64,000 bases of DNA, from the NCBI GenBank assembly GCA_026417625.1, contig JAOACW010000003.1:76699-140698 (forward strand), given 5' to 3'. Each line of letters opens with the position of its first letter. Position 1 is the first letter of the stretch. The translations under genes and the position numbers were made by a program. Shown here piece after piece: positions 9,529-19,406 of the stretch. This DNA is from Syntrophales bacterium. GTDB taxonomy: Bacteria; Desulfobacterota; Syntrophia; Syntrophales; UBA8958. Below the pieces are notes generated by a model. The model saw nothing but the letters and a program-made list of their open reading frames with translations. It had not been told where the DNA came from and made no database searches.

Positions 9529-10112
9529 TGACGGTGAGAGCTTTGCGATTATCATTATGTTTTGGTTTTGTTTTTACCCTGCTTTTACTCAGGTTGATAG
9601 GTTGTGACACAACGTATGGAGCTGGAGTGAAGGAGGGGGATTCGGAGAGTATTCCAATAACTGTTACGTCCGATAAGATGGAGGTGTTTGAAAAAGATCA
9701 AGCGGTAATCTTTACCGGGAACGCCCAAGCTATTCATGGTGACCGTATCTTAAGGGCAGAAAGTATCTCCCTCTTTTACAGAAAGAAGTCACAGGAGAAA
9801 AAAGTGGATATTGGGTTAAGTATTGAAAGTGGTGCGGAGTTGGAGAGGATTGTAGCTAAGGGGAAGGTTAGATTGATAAACGACCGGCGGTTGATATCAG
9901 GTGATACCGCAATTTATATTCCCGGAAATCAAGTAGTGGAAGTTACAGGAAATGCGCTGATGTGGGATGGGGAGAATGTCATAAAAGGGGATAAAATTAC
10001 TTTTTACCTTGGGGAGAAAAGAGGGAAGGTCGAGGCGTTTTCCAATGATAGAAGGGTAACAGCTGTGTTGATACCATCCAAAAGGGAAGGTGTCCGGGGT
10101 TTTGTGAGGTAA
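9528..10112 (+). CDS. lptA: LPS transport periplasmic protein LptA (OstA-like)
   Basis: 194 aa. Signal peptide, an OstA-N-like repeat pattern (ITSDKMEV..AVFTGN..), upstream of lptB. Confidence 0.75.
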   Translation: MTVRALRLSLCFGFVFTLLLLRLIGCDTTYGAGVKEGDSESIPITVTSDKMEVFEKDQAVIFTGNAQAIHGDRILRAESISLFYRKKSQEKKVDIGLSIESGAELERIVAKGKVRLINDRRLISGDTAIYIPGNQVVEVTGNALMWDGENVIKGDKITFYLGEKRGKVEAFSNDRRVTAVLIPSKREGVRGFVR

Positions 10113-10114
10113 CG

Positions 10115-10858
10115 GTGAGAAGCAGTGAATGTAATGGTCTCTTAGAGGCTAGGAAGCTCTTAAAGGTGTACGGTGGTCGAAAAGTGGTCAATGGTGTAAG
10201 TTTGCGAGTAGCTCCAGGTGAGGTGGTTGGTCTTTTAGGGCCGAATGGGGCGGGAAAGACGACAACATTTTACATGATTGTGGGGCTTGTACGGCCGGAC
10301 GAGGGTACAATCATACTTAATGGAGAGGACCTTAGTGAAACGCCTATGTACAAGCGGGCACGGAAGGGATTGAACTACCTTCCTCAGGAACCCTCGGTTT
10401 TCCGGAAACTAACAGTAGAGGATAATATAATGGCGATCCTCGAGACTCTGGACTTATCCCGGGAAGAGCGAAGAAGAAGGTTGAAGGAACTACTTGGAGA
10501 ACTCGATCTTGTTGGTTTGGCAAAAAATTACGCTTATTCACTCTCTGGCGGTGAACGACGAAGGGTAGAGATTACACGAGCTTTGGTGACCGAACCTCGA
10601 TTCATGCTGCTTGATGAACCTTTTGCGGGTATCGATCCACTCGCGGTGTCTGAAATTCAGCGAATTATAGAAAAATTGAAATCCAGGGGGATTGGTGTTT
10701 TGATATCAGATCACAATGTCAGGGAGACCTTGGCTGTTTGTGACCGGGCCTATATAATACACGAGGGAACGGTGCTTGTGGAAGGAGAACCTGACGAGAT
10801 TGTCCGGTGTGAACGGGCAAAGAAGATCTATTTTGGAGACAATTTCGTTCTTGTGTAG
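10115..10858 (+). CDS. lptB: LPS export ABC transporter ATPase LptB
   Basis: 247 aa; Walker A GPNGAGKTT, signature LSGGERRR, Walker B LLLDEPFAGIDP. GTG start. Confidence 0.9.
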   Translation: MRSSECNGLLEARKLLKVYGGRKVVNGVSLRVAPGEVVGLLGPNGAGKTTTFYMIVGLVRPDEGTIILNGEDLSETPMYKRARKGLNYLPQEPSVFRKLTVEDNIMAILETLDLSREERRRRLKELLGELDLVGLAKNYAYSLSGGERRRVEITRALVTEPRFMLLDEPFAGIDPLAVSEIQRIIEKLKSRGIGVLISDHNVRETLAVCDRAYIIHEGTVLVEGEPDEIVRCERAKKIYFGDNFVLV

Positions 10859-10865
10859 AGGAGAG

Positions 10866-12332
10866 ATGGTTTACGAACTAAAACAAAACCTGAAATTATC
10901 CCAGCAGTTGGTAATGACACCTCAACTCCAACAGGCGATAAAGCTGCTTCAGCTTTCCCGTTTGGAGATTGAACAAGTGATTCTTAGGGAGATGGAAGAG
11001 AATCCAGTACTGGAAGAAACACCTACAGAAGATGAGATTTCGGAAGAAGCTGGTCTGGTTGATTTGGGAGCTGTAGAAAAGACAGATGTAGTTGTAAGTG
11101 AAAAGACAAGAGAGATAACTGGAGAGGGTGATGGTAAGGACGAGTTTGATTGGGAAAGTTATCTCGAAGATTTCGGTCCTGTTGGGGTGGCCTACGAGCG
11201 GGAGGAGGAAGAGAGAAAAGCATGGGATAACTTCTTAACAAAAAGCCCATCCATGTTGGACCATCTGATGTGGCAGCTTAGGTTGTCGCCTTTTACTGAG
11301 AGGGAGATGCGGATAGGAGCTCAGATAATTGGTAATCTCGATCCAAATGGTTATCTTGTGGTGACTGTCGAGGAAATAGCGCAGCAAGAGGGTGTGGGTG
11401 TAGATGAAGTGGAGGAAGTTTTAAGGAAGGTTCAAGGATTTGACCCCCCAGGTATTGCAGCTCGGGATCTTAAGGAGTGTCTTCTGATCCAGGCGGAAGC
11501 ACTGGGTATTCGTGAGGGGCTTGTGGGAAGAATAATCCAGGAACACCTTAAGGATCTGGAGACAAAAAACTACGCAATTATTGCGAAAAAACTCAAAGTT
11601 TCTGTGAAGGCAGTTCTTGAGGCTGTCTCTATCATAAGTAATATGGATCCTAAGCCGGGGCGGATGTTCCAGGAAGAGAGGGTTCAGACGATAATTCCGG
11701 ATGTTTTTGTTATTAAATCTGGTGATGATTTCAAGATAGTCCTCAATGAGGATGGTTTACCGAGATTGAGGATCAGTAATTACTACCGGGAACTCATGGC
11801 CGGTCTCATAGATAACAGTCCGGATGCAGAGAAGGGTAAAAAGTACATAAAGGAAAAAATTCAATCGGCTACATGGTTGATAAAGAGTATCCAGCAGCGG
11901 CAGAGAACGATATACCGAGTGGCGGAGAGTATCGTGAAATTCCAAAGGGAGTTTTTTGAAAAGGGGATTCAATATTTAAAACCCCTAGTGTTGAGGGATG
12001 TGGCTTCAGATGTGGGAATGCATGAATCAACCATAAGCCGTGTGGTAACTAACAAGTATATGCAAACGCCCTTTGGGGTGTTTGAAATGAAGTATTTTTT
12101 CAGTAGTGGTCTTCCTATGAGTGGTGGAGGGCCTGTTGCTTCAAAAAGCGTTATGGAGGAAATACGTCGCATCATAGGTGAAGAAGACCCTGCGAAACCG
12201 TTGAGTGACAGTGAAATAGCCCAGACGCTCAAGAAACGGGGTGTTAATATAGCGAGGAGAACAGTTGCTAAATATAGAGAGATGATGAACATTCTCCCAT
12301 CATCAAAAAGAAAGAGGATTACTTTAAGATAA
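10866..12332 (+). CDS. rpoN: RNA polymerase sigma-54 factor
   Basis: Starts MVYELKQNLKLSQQLVMTPQLQQAIKLLQLS, with a C-terminal RpoN box ARRTVAKYRE. I chose ATG 10866 rather than the track start at 10776, which overlaps lptB. Confidence 0.93.
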   Translation: MVYELKQNLKLSQQLVMTPQLQQAIKLLQLSRLEIEQVILREMEENPVLEETPTEDEISEEAGLVDLGAVEKTDVVVSEKTREITGEGDGKDEFDWESYLEDFGPVGVAYEREEEERKAWDNFLTKSPSMLDHLMWQLRLSPFTEREMRIGAQIIGNLDPNGYLVVTVEEIAQQEGVGVDEVEEVLRKVQGFDPPGIAARDLKECLLIQAEALGIREGLVGRIIQEHLKDLETKNYAIIAKKLKVSVKAVLEAVSIISNMDPKPGRMFQEERVQTIIPDVFVIKSGDDFKIVLNEDGLPRLRISNYYRELMAGLIDNSPDAEKGKKYIKEKIQSATWLIKSIQQRQRTIYRVAESIVKFQREFFEKGIQYLKPLVLRDVASDVGMHESTISRVVTNKYMQTPFGVFEMKYFFSSGLPMSGGGPVASKSVMEEIRRIIGEEDPAKPLSDSEIAQTLKKRGVNIARRTVAKYREMMNILPSSKRKRITLR

Positions 12333-12399
12333 TGTTTGACTTTTATATCGGAGATAAATATAGGCACCTTTCTTCGAGATAGTTTAATGGAGGGTTCAG

Positions 12400-12930
12400 A
12401 TGAAAATATCACTTACATTTAAAAACATAGAAAGCGAAGACTGGTTCCGAAAATACGTGGAGGAACGTTTGGGAAAGCTTTCTAAATACCTTGGTGGACC
12501 TGTGGATGTTCATGTGGTTCTGTCTGTGGAAAAATTTAGGAATGTGGCAGAGATCAATCTTTCCGATGATGGTTTGATGTTTTTTGCAAAAGAGGAAGCC
12601 AAAGAGATGGTGTTGGCCATTGATGAGGCTGTGGAAAAGATAGAGCGTCAGCTCAAAAAACACAGGGAGAAAGTGAGAGGTTATAAGGTTACAAACCGTA
12701 ATACCCTGGCAGAAGGGCTGTCCTCACCGGATAGAGAAATGGAGGGTGAATCGAGAATTGTGGAGACGCGGCGGATAGTTTTGGAACCTATGTCACATGA
12801 GGATGCTATAATGAAGCTGGAAACGTCAAAGAATCGATTCGTGGTGTTCAGAGATGCGTCAACAGAAGCGGTTTGTGTCCTGTACAAACGGGACGACGGA
12901 CATTATATGATGATACAAACCGTAGGTTAA
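12400..12930 (+). CDS. hpf: Ribosome hibernation promoting factor (long HPF)
   Basis: 176 aa; N-terminal S30AE/YfiA-like domain, C-terminal dimerisation domain, in the position after rpoN. Confidence 0.85.
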   Translation: MKISLTFKNIESEDWFRKYVEERLGKLSKYLGGPVDVHVVLSVEKFRNVAEINLSDDGLMFFAKEEAKEMVLAIDEAVEKIERQLKKHREKVRGYKVTNRNTLAEGLSSPDREMEGESRIVETRRIVLEPMSHEDAIMKLETSKNRFVVFRDASTEAVCVLYKRDDGHYMMIQTVG

Positions 12931-12949
12931 TATCCTCGCGGGGGTATTT

Positions 12950-13411
12950 ATGGAAATCGCGGAGATGTTAGATAGGAAATGCATCCTAGATGATATGAAA
13001 GCCGCTACTAAACGGGAAGTTCTTTATGAACTTTCCGAAACTCTTTTGTCAATCGCCCCTGATCTTGACATCGATGAAGTGGTAAACGTGCTTTTGGAGA
13101 GAGAGAAATTGGGTAGTACGGGCATCGGTGATGGGATAGCAATCCCTCATGGGAAGTTAAGCAGATTAGACAGAATTCTCCTTGCTTTTGGCCGAAGCAA
13201 ACAAGGGGTCGACTTCAATGCTATGGATGGGAGACCTGTCCGCCTTTTTTTTCTCCTCCTTGCACCTGAAAACTCTGTAGGTCTGCATCTTAAAGTTCTG
13301 GCCAAGCTATCCCGGATGTTGAAGGATGAGAGTTTTAGAAAGGAACTTTTATCGGCACCGGGTAGTGGAGATATATACAGCATAATCAAGGCAAGGGATG
13401 AGCTCAGTTAG
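12950..13411 (+). CDS. ptsN: PTS EIIA-Ntr nitrogen regulatory protein
   Basis: 153 aa; phosphorylation-site motif GIAIPHGKL; conserved rpoN-operon context. Confidence 0.85.
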   Translation: MEIAEMLDRKCILDDMKAATKREVLYELSETLLSIAPDLDIDEVVNVLLEREKLGSTGIGDGIAIPHGKLSRLDRILLAFGRSKQGVDFNAMDGRPVRLFFLLLAPENSVGLHLKVLAKLSRMLKDESFRKELLSAPGSGDIYSIIKARDELS

Positions 13412-13450
13412 CACGTAAGCAAATTATTATTCTGAGATCGCCTAATTTTC

Positions 13451-14326
13451 GTGAGTAATTTCATGGAACCAATAAAAGTTGTGATTATTACCGGAATGTC
13501 CGGGTCAGGGAAAACCACTGCACTTAGAGCGCTCGAGGACATAGGTTTTTTCTGTGTTGATAACCTGCCTGTCGTTTTGCTACCCCGTTTTATCCAAATT
13601 CAGTCCGAAGCTGTTGATCGGATCTCCCGCTTAGCTGTTGTAATGGATCTTAGGGAGCGCCGTTTTCTGGAGAAGTATCCAGGGATATTCAAAAAATTGA
13701 AAGAGAAAGGTTATGGTGTTGAAATTCTCTTTCTTGATGCTAGCGACGATGCACTTATCCACCGGTTCAACGAGACGAGGCGTCTACACCCTCTTTGTAG
13801 AGGTTCTGTTGTAAAAGGTATCAGAATAGAACGGGAGAAACTTGCTTCTCTGAAAGAGATTGCAGATAAGTTGATCGATACCACTTCTTTCAATACACAT
13901 CAACTGAAAGATGTTGTTCAGAGGATTTTCAGCGATGAGAAAAGCAGACGTCCTTTCTTTGTTAATATTGTTTCCTTCGGATATCGTTTTGGTATTCCCT
14001 CTGATGCGGATATAATCTTTGATGTCCGTTTTCTGCCAAATCCTTTTTTTGTTGAAGAACTACGGAATTTTGATGGTCACGATAGTAGAGTGAGGGAATT
14101 CGTTATGGAATCTGAAGACGCAAAGGTATTTATCGGAAAGTTGTTCGATATGATGTCTTATCTGATGCCACTCTATGAGAAGGAAGGCAAGATGAGAATC
14201 ACGATCGCCCTGGGATGCACCGGTGGAAAGCATCGTTCAGTCGTTATAGCAAACGAGCTTTTCTCTTACTTCTCAGAGCAGAATTACGAAGTTGCGGTAA
14301 ATCACCGCGATATTAGCAAAAGCTAG
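13451..14326 (+). CDS. rapZ: RNase adapter / nucleotide-binding protein RapZ (YhbJ)
   Basis: 291 aa; [38 protein letters not shown]. Start is GTG 13451 or ATG 13463. Confidence 0.88.
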   Translation: MSNFMEPIKVVIITGMSGSGKTTALRALEDIGFFCVDNLPVVLLPRFIQIQSEAVDRISRLAVVMDLRERRFLEKYPGIFKKLKEKGYGVEILFLDASDDALIHRFNETRRLHPLCRGSVVKGIRIEREKLASLKEIADKLIDTTSFNTHQLKDVVQRIFSDEKSRRPFFVNIVSFGYRFGIPSDADIIFDVRFLPNPFFVEELRNFDGHDSRVREFVMESEDAKVFIGKLFDMMSYLMPLYEKEGKMRITIALGCTGGKHRSVVIANELFSYFSEQNYEVAVNHRDISKS

Positions 14327-14482
14327 CAGCGTTCTTTTTTTGATCTTGCTATTAACGTTGTCCTCTATCCAATGAGGGTTCCACCAATCCTTAGGATCAA
14401 CTACATGTCCCATAGATTAGTTGCGAATAGTTTGATGATCGCCTCATACCAACCGTGGGGTTCTATTTTCCCCTCTTATACT

Positions 14483-15015
14483 TTAGGCTGTTGGCCGCTT
14501 CCACAGGAGCAATGGTGCATAAGCAAGGTCGAACACTGAGATCTGTGTTTTTGCCGACCACATGCATAAGGTCACCGGTCTCCAAAATCTGCCATGGGGT
14601 AGATTATGTATCAGAAAATGTAGAATCCATTGTTATTTACGGAAGAAGATATACTTCGAAATTTAGGCACTTTTCTGGGAGGGCCATCCCGTGACTTAGT
14701 GGAGTAGTTTCAAGGATTCAGTAAGGTTCAGATGAAGTGCTCTCGTTACCCGTCGAATCCTGTACATTAATTGATAATCTTTGGTTCCTCATTGTGGGTT
14801 TAGCGGGATCTAGATGGTTATGTACCATCCGATTATAGACACTGAGAAAAATAAACCGGTTACACATGGAACTACTATTTTGGTGAATTGCTTTTTTTGG
14901 GTCATCGATGTTTTAATGAAAAATTTGGGGTGTGCAAGGTTTTTAGAAAGAGCTCTTGATATCTGGGGGTCTTCTTGTTACTATGAATTTTGTAACCATT
15001 TTTGGAGAAATAAAG
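14483..15015 (-). pseudogene. Probable decayed IS200-like/REP-associated (Y1, HUH-type) transposase remnant
   Basis: A ~690-nt gap with no intact ORF. Minus-strand fragments lie in 4 different frames, separated by stops. They read ..FIFLSVYNRMVHNHLDPAKPTMRNQRL.. (compare aYvLMpNHvHLL..P), ..KFRSISSSVNNNGFYIF (compare RYKSILV...YLL) and ..IHNLPHGRFWRPVTLCMWS (compare YIHLNPVRAGLV..P.DYPWSS). Confidence 0.35.
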
Positions 15016-15016
15016 A

Positions 15017-16216
15017 ATGAATGCGAGAAAGAAAAATGTTTTACTTGGTATCTGTGGAGGGATCGCAGCTTACAAAGCGGCCGAATTAACCCGCTTGCTT
15101 TATCGTGAGGGTTTCAATGTCCGAGTTGTAATGACGAAAAATGCTAAGGAATTCATAACAGCTCTAACATTTCAAGTACTTTCTGGTAATCCTGTTTTGG
15201 ATGACATGTTTGCAGGGGAGAGATCCGGCATTAATCATATTGCTCTTGCTGATTTTGCTGAACTTTTCGTTATTGCCCCTGCGACGGCGAATGTGATCGG
15301 AAAAATTGCCGCTGGTATCGCTGATGATCTCTTAACCACCACAGTGATGGCCGTTAAGTGTCCTGTAATAATCTGTCCTTCCATGAATGTGGCTATGTAC
15401 GAGAATTCAGCCCTGCAAGAGAATTTGGAAATACTCCGGAAAAGGGGAATTTACATTATTGAACCTGTTGTGGGAGAACTCGCTTGCGGGGTAGAAGGCA
15501 AAGGGCGTCTACCGGAACCGAACGTGATACTGGAAGAGATAATTTATCATACAACGGAAAAGGACCTAACTGGAGAAAGGATTCTGGTTACGGCGGGACC
15601 CACGAGAGAGCCGTTTGATCCAGTTCGGTTTATCACCAACTATTCTTCGGGTAAGATGGGATATGCAATCGCTAGGGCAGCGAGAAGACGGGGGGCGAGA
15701 GTTGTTCTTGTAAGTGGGCCTACATCTCTGGAGGCACCCCAGGGTGTACGGGTGGTGAATGTGGAAAGCGCAAGGGATATGTACAGAGCTGTGTTGGAGA
15801 ATCTTGACGATGCCACGGTGGTTATAAAAGCGGCTGCAGTTGCAGATTATAGACCGGCTGTGGCGGCTTCCTCGAAGATAAAGAAAAGATCGGGACCTCT
15901 AACACTTACGTTGGAACGCAATCCGGACATCATAGGGGAGATAGGGAAACGGAAAGGTAATCGTATCGTGGTTGGTTTTGCGATGGAAACGGAGAATCTT
16001 CTAGAAAATGCATTACAGAAGTTGAAAAACAAAGGAATGGATTTGATAGTGGCAAATGAGCTGGGCGTACCAGGTGCCGGTTTTCAAAGTGATACCAATG
16101 TGGTGAAAATAGTTATGAGGGATGGTTCAGTGGAAACTTTGCCTTTGTTGCCAAAGATTGAGGTGGCTAATGCTATATTGGATCGTGTTAAAATGCTCAT
16201 TGAGAGGAGAACATAA
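15017..16216 (+). CDS. coaBC: Bifunctional phosphopantothenoylcysteine decarboxylase / phosphopantothenate-cysteine ligase
   Basis: 399 aa; flavoprotein N-domain (ICGGIAAYKA) and DFP C-domain (ITNYSSGKMG). Confidence 0.92.
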   Translation: MNARKKNVLLGICGGIAAYKAAELTRLLYREGFNVRVVMTKNAKEFITALTFQVLSGNPVLDDMFAGERSGINHIALADFAELFVIAPATANVIGKIAAGIADDLLTTTVMAVKCPVIICPSMNVAMYENSALQENLEILRKRGIYIIEPVVGELACGVEGKGRLPEPNVILEEIIYHTTEKDLTGERILVTAGPTREPFDPVRFITNYSSGKMGYAIARAARRRGARVVLVSGPTSLEAPQGVRVVNVESARDMYRAVLENLDDATVVIKAAAVADYRPAVAASSKIKKRSGPLTLTLERNPDIIGEIGKRKGNRIVVGFAMETENLLENALQKLKNKGMDLIVANELGVPGAGFQSDTNVVKIVMRDGSVETLPLLPKIEVANAILDRVKMLIERRT

Positions 16217-16225
16217 TCGATGGGT

Positions 16226-16250
16226 GAGCTAAAAGATATCCTTTTAGCTC
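16226..16250 (+). other. Perfect 10-bp stem / 5-nt loop hairpin between coaBC and udg
   Basis: GAGCTAAAAG-ATATC-CTTTTAGCTC. No U-tract follows it. Confidence 0.5.
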
Positions 16251-16262
16251 GACGGATGTTCT

Positions 16263-16937
16263 ATGAAAAGCTATAAAGAGGAGCTCTTGGAAATTGTTGT
16301 TTCTTTGAAATCTTGGCTTATGGATCCCCGGATTGAGAAGAGTTTTTTACCCCGGGGTAGATTGGTCGAGAGCATTGAGGAAACTCTTGAGGATATAAAG
16401 GTTGATCTGGAGTGTTGTCGCCGCTGCCAACTTCATCGGTATCGTAAAAACATCGTTTTTGGGGAGGGGAATCCCAAGGCAAGACTGGTATTTGTCGGAG
16501 AAGCCCCAGGGGCTGAGGAAGACGAACAGGGAAGACCTTTTGTGGGTAAGGCGGGTCAACTTTTAACCAAAATAATTGAGGCTATGAAGATGAAGAGGGA
16601 TGAGGTTTACATTTGCAATATTTTGAAATGCAGACCGCCTAATAACAGGGATCCACTACCCGATGAAATAAGCGCCTGTGAACCATTTCTCATTCGGCAA
16701 CTGGAAGTCATAAAGCCAGAGGTAATTTGTGCCCTTGGATCCATCGCTGCCCGCACACTTCTGAGAACAGAAGTACCCATTACAGCTCTGCGTGGTCGCT
16801 TCCATTCGTACAAAGGAATAGACCTCATGCCTACTTATCATCCCGCCTATCTTCTCCGTAATCCTGCGGCCAAGAGGTACGTTTGGGAGGATATGCAACT
16901 AGTAATGAAGCGTATTCGCGAAGGTAAGGTTCAATGA
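16263..16937 (+). CDS. Uracil-DNA glycosylase, family 4
   Basis: 224 aa; CRRCQL.., [46 protein letters not shown]. Confidence 0.9.
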   Translation: MKSYKEELLEIVVSLKSWLMDPRIEKSFLPRGRLVESIEETLEDIKVDLECCRRCQLHRYRKNIVFGEGNPKARLVFVGEAPGAEEDEQGRPFVGKAGQLLTKIIEAMKMKRDEVYICNILKCRPPNNRDPLPDEISACEPFLIRQLEVIKPEVICALGSIAARTLLRTEVPITALRGRFHSYKGIDLMPTYHPAYLLRNPAAKRYVWEDMQLVMKRIREGKVQ

Positions 16938-18256
16938 CAAATTCTAGAAGTGTATTACTGTGGATTTTATTCCTTGCCGTTGTTCTGATACCTCTTAAAT
17001 CGGCTGTCTGTGATGACGCGAAACCGGTGTTTGACGTGATATCGGTGAGTGGGCCTATAACACCACCGATAGCTGAGTACATGTTAACCAGCATCAGAGA
17101 AGCCGCAAAAGAAGGAAGGGAAGGTTTGATTGTGGTTCTGGATACACCTGGAGGGTTGGATCTCGCTATGAGGGATATAGTTAAAGGTATCCTGGCAGCA
17201 CCACTGCCTGTTATAGTGTACGTGCACCCTGCGGGAGCACGGGCAGCATCGGCAGGAGTTATTATAACAGTAGCGGCTCATATTGCTGCCATGACACCGG
17301 GAACTAATATAGGTGCAGCTCATCCAGTTGCTGTGGGTTTCGGCAAGCTCGACAAAACTATGATGGAGAAGTTGGAAAATGATGCTGCCGCCTATGCCAG
17401 GGGTATTGCAAAGAGCAGGGGGCGGAATGAGGATTGGGTGGAAAAAGCTGTGAGAAAAAGTGCTTCTATCACCGCTGAGGAGGCTCTTAAGAGGCAAGTT
17501 ATCGACATAATAGCGGCGGATTTACAAGATCTGTTGAAGCAGATTGAAGGTCGAGCTGTTAAGATTGGAGAGAAAAAGAAGATTGTGAGAACTGCAGGAG
17601 CCGTGGTGAAAGAAAAGAAAATGGGAACAAGGCATAGAATTCTTGCCACGATAAGTGATCCCAACATCGCGTATCTTTTGTTTCTCCTCGGTCTCGCAGG
17701 ACTTTATTTTGAGTTTTCCCATCCTGGAGCTATTCTCCCCGGGGTAATAGGAGGTATTTCACTTATACTAGCCTTTTTCGCAATGCAAACCTTGCCCGTG
17801 AATTATGCTGCCGTTTTGCTTATCATACTAGCCATAATCCTTTTTATCGCAGAGATGAAGGTTGCAAGCCATGGCATATTGACCGTAGGTGGCATAATTT
17901 CTTTGATTATTGGTTCTCTTATGCTATTTGAATCACCAGAACCAGCACTTAGGGTTTCTATGAAGGTTATGATTCCTGCCTTGGTTATGATTTCTCTCTT
18001 TTTTGTGACAGTTATATTTCTTGTCATTAGGGCCCAGAGGAGAAAGCGTCTGACAGGTAAGGAGGGTATGATTGGTACTGAAGGTCTGGCAATTACTGAT
18101 GTACATACGGAAGGTAGGGTTTTCGTCAAAGGAGAGTACTGGAATGCCTTCAGTGATAAGCCTATTAACAAAGGAAACAAGGTGAGAGTTACAGCTGTGG
18201 AGGGCTTGCGCCTACGGGTGGAAGGTTTGCCAAAAGATGGAAAATCCCAGCATTAA
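16934..18256 (+). CDS. NfeD-family membrane-bound serine protease (ClpP class)
   Basis: 440 aa. Signal/TM, a ClpP/SppA-like domain (LDTPGGL, AASAG), a multi-TM block and a C-terminal NfeD OB-like domain. Directly upstream of the SPFH gene. Confidence 0.85.
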   Translation: MTNSRSVLLWILFLAVVLIPLKSAVCDDAKPVFDVISVSGPITPPIAEYMLTSIREAAKEGREGLIVVLDTPGGLDLAMRDIVKGILAAPLPVIVYVHPAGARAASAGVIITVAAHIAAMTPGTNIGAAHPVAVGFGKLDKTMMEKLENDAAAYARGIAKSRGRNEDWVEKAVRKSASITAEEALKRQVIDIIAADLQDLLKQIEGRAVKIGEKKKIVRTAGAVVKEKKMGTRHRILATISDPNIAYLLFLLGLAGLYFEFSHPGAILPGVIGGISLILAFFAMQTLPVNYAAVLLIILAIILFIAEMKVASHGILTVGGIISLIIGSLMLFESPEPALRVSMKVMIPALVMISLFFVTVIFLVIRAQRRKRLTGKEGMIGTEGLAITDVHTEGRVFVKGEYWNAFSDKPINKGNKVRVTAVEGLRLRVEGLPKDGKSQH

Positions 18257-18302
18257 GTGGAATTAGTAAAAAATTTAGCAGTTATGAGGGAGGGTTAATA
18301 TT

Positions 18303-19052
18303 ATGGTGTACACAGTTACCATTTTGGTCTTGTTGGTAGTTATTTTTTTGGCCTCTGCCATTCGGGTTCTCAACGAGTATGAAAGGGCTGTAGTGTTCCG
18401 TTTGGGAAGATTAATAGATACGAAGGGGCCCGGACTCATAATTCTGATACCCATTGTTGATAAAATGGTTAAGGTGGATATGAGGACCATAACCATGGAT
18501 GTTCCACCCCAGGATGTTATCACCAGGGACAACGTGTCCATAAAGGTCAATGCGGTCGTTTATTTTCGGGTGGTGGATGCTAATCTTGCAGTAACAGAGG
18601 TGGAAAATTTCCTGTATGCCACGTCACAATTAGCACAAACAACGCTCAGAAGTGTTTGTGGTCAAGTCGAGCTGGATGAAATTCTTTCGGAGAGAGAAAA
18701 GATAAACCTCCATATTCAGGAAATCCTGGATAGGAGTACCGATCCATGGGGGATAAAGGTTACTCTCGTTGAGGTTAAACATATAGATCTTCCTGAGGAG
18801 ATGAAAAGGGCTATGGCAAAGCAGGCAGAGGCTGAGCGGGAGAGAAGAGCTAAGGTAATTAATGCGGAGGGTGAGTATCAAGCCGCACAGAGGTTGTTGG
18901 AGGCTGCCTCTTTAATGGCCAAGGAACCCATTGCAGTGCAGTTGAGGTATCTCCAAACACTGAGTCATATAGCTTCAGAAAACAATTCCACTACAGTGTT
19001 CCCCATTCCCATAGATTTATTCCGGCCTTTCTTGAAAGGAATGGAAAAGTAG
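18303..19052 (+). CDS. SPFH/band-7 (stomatin-like) protein
   Basis: 249 aa; N-terminal [39 protein letters not shown]. Confidence 0.9.
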   Translation: MVYTVTILVLLVVIFLASAIRVLNEYERAVVFRLGRLIDTKGPGLIILIPIVDKMVKVDMRTITMDVPPQDVITRDNVSIKVNAVVYFRVVDANLAVTEVENFLYATSQLAQTTLRSVCGQVELDEILSEREKINLHIQEILDRSTDPWGIKVTLVEVKHIDLPEEMKRAMAKQAEAERERRAKVINAEGEYQAAQRLLEAASLMAKEPIAVQLRYLQTLSHIASENNSTTVFPIPIDLFRPFLKGMEK

Positions 19053-19072
19053 AATACGTTGAGAGGGTGGTC

Positions 19073-19390
19073 ATGGATAAAAGAGAAAAGTTCAACATCA
19101 TCACGGGGGGGATGATTCTGATTACCTTGGGTGTTCTTATCATTCTCAATAACACCCACATATGGTCGTTCGGTCACAGTTGGCCCGTGCTTCTGATCAT
19201 AATTGCGATTGGTGTTCTTATACAGCATGTAAAAGATATTGGTGGTTGGATAATCCTCTTTGTTGGATTTATTTTTCTTCTCACAGAAGGTTTTGGCATA
19301 GAAATCTACATGCTGGGTAAGTATCTACTTCCTGTTTTGCTTATAGTTATAGGTGCCAACGTGCTTATGAAATACAGAAAAAGGAAATAA
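19073..19390 (+). CDS. Small 4-TM membrane protein, function unknown
   Basis: ~105 aa, very hydrophobic, ending in a basic tail KYRKRK. ATG 19073 has GAGAGGG upstream. Confidence 0.55.
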   Translation: MDKREKFNIITGGMILITLGVLIILNNTHIWSFGHSWPVLLIIIAIGVLIQHVKDIGGWIILFVGFIFLLTEGFGIEIYMLGKYLLPVLLIVIGANVLMKYRKRK

Positions 19391-19406
19391 TAAAAAGGAG
19401 GGTACC

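Noticed and set aside
10776-10865. Upstream extension of the rpoN ORF (MWKENLTRLSG..). The analogous extensions are trpD (31005), polX (51329), ino1 (52969), groES (61101) and dnaK (38382).
   Set aside because: The extensions overlap the preceding gene or leave no room for an RBS. Conserved N-termini and SD sequences support the internal starts I used.
14455-15020. Plus-strand ORFs 14455..14694 (79 aa) and 14814..15020 (68 aa) in the rapZ-coaBC gap
   Set aside because: No RBS, odd composition and no recognisable motifs. The region is better explained as a decayed minus-strand transposase-like gene.
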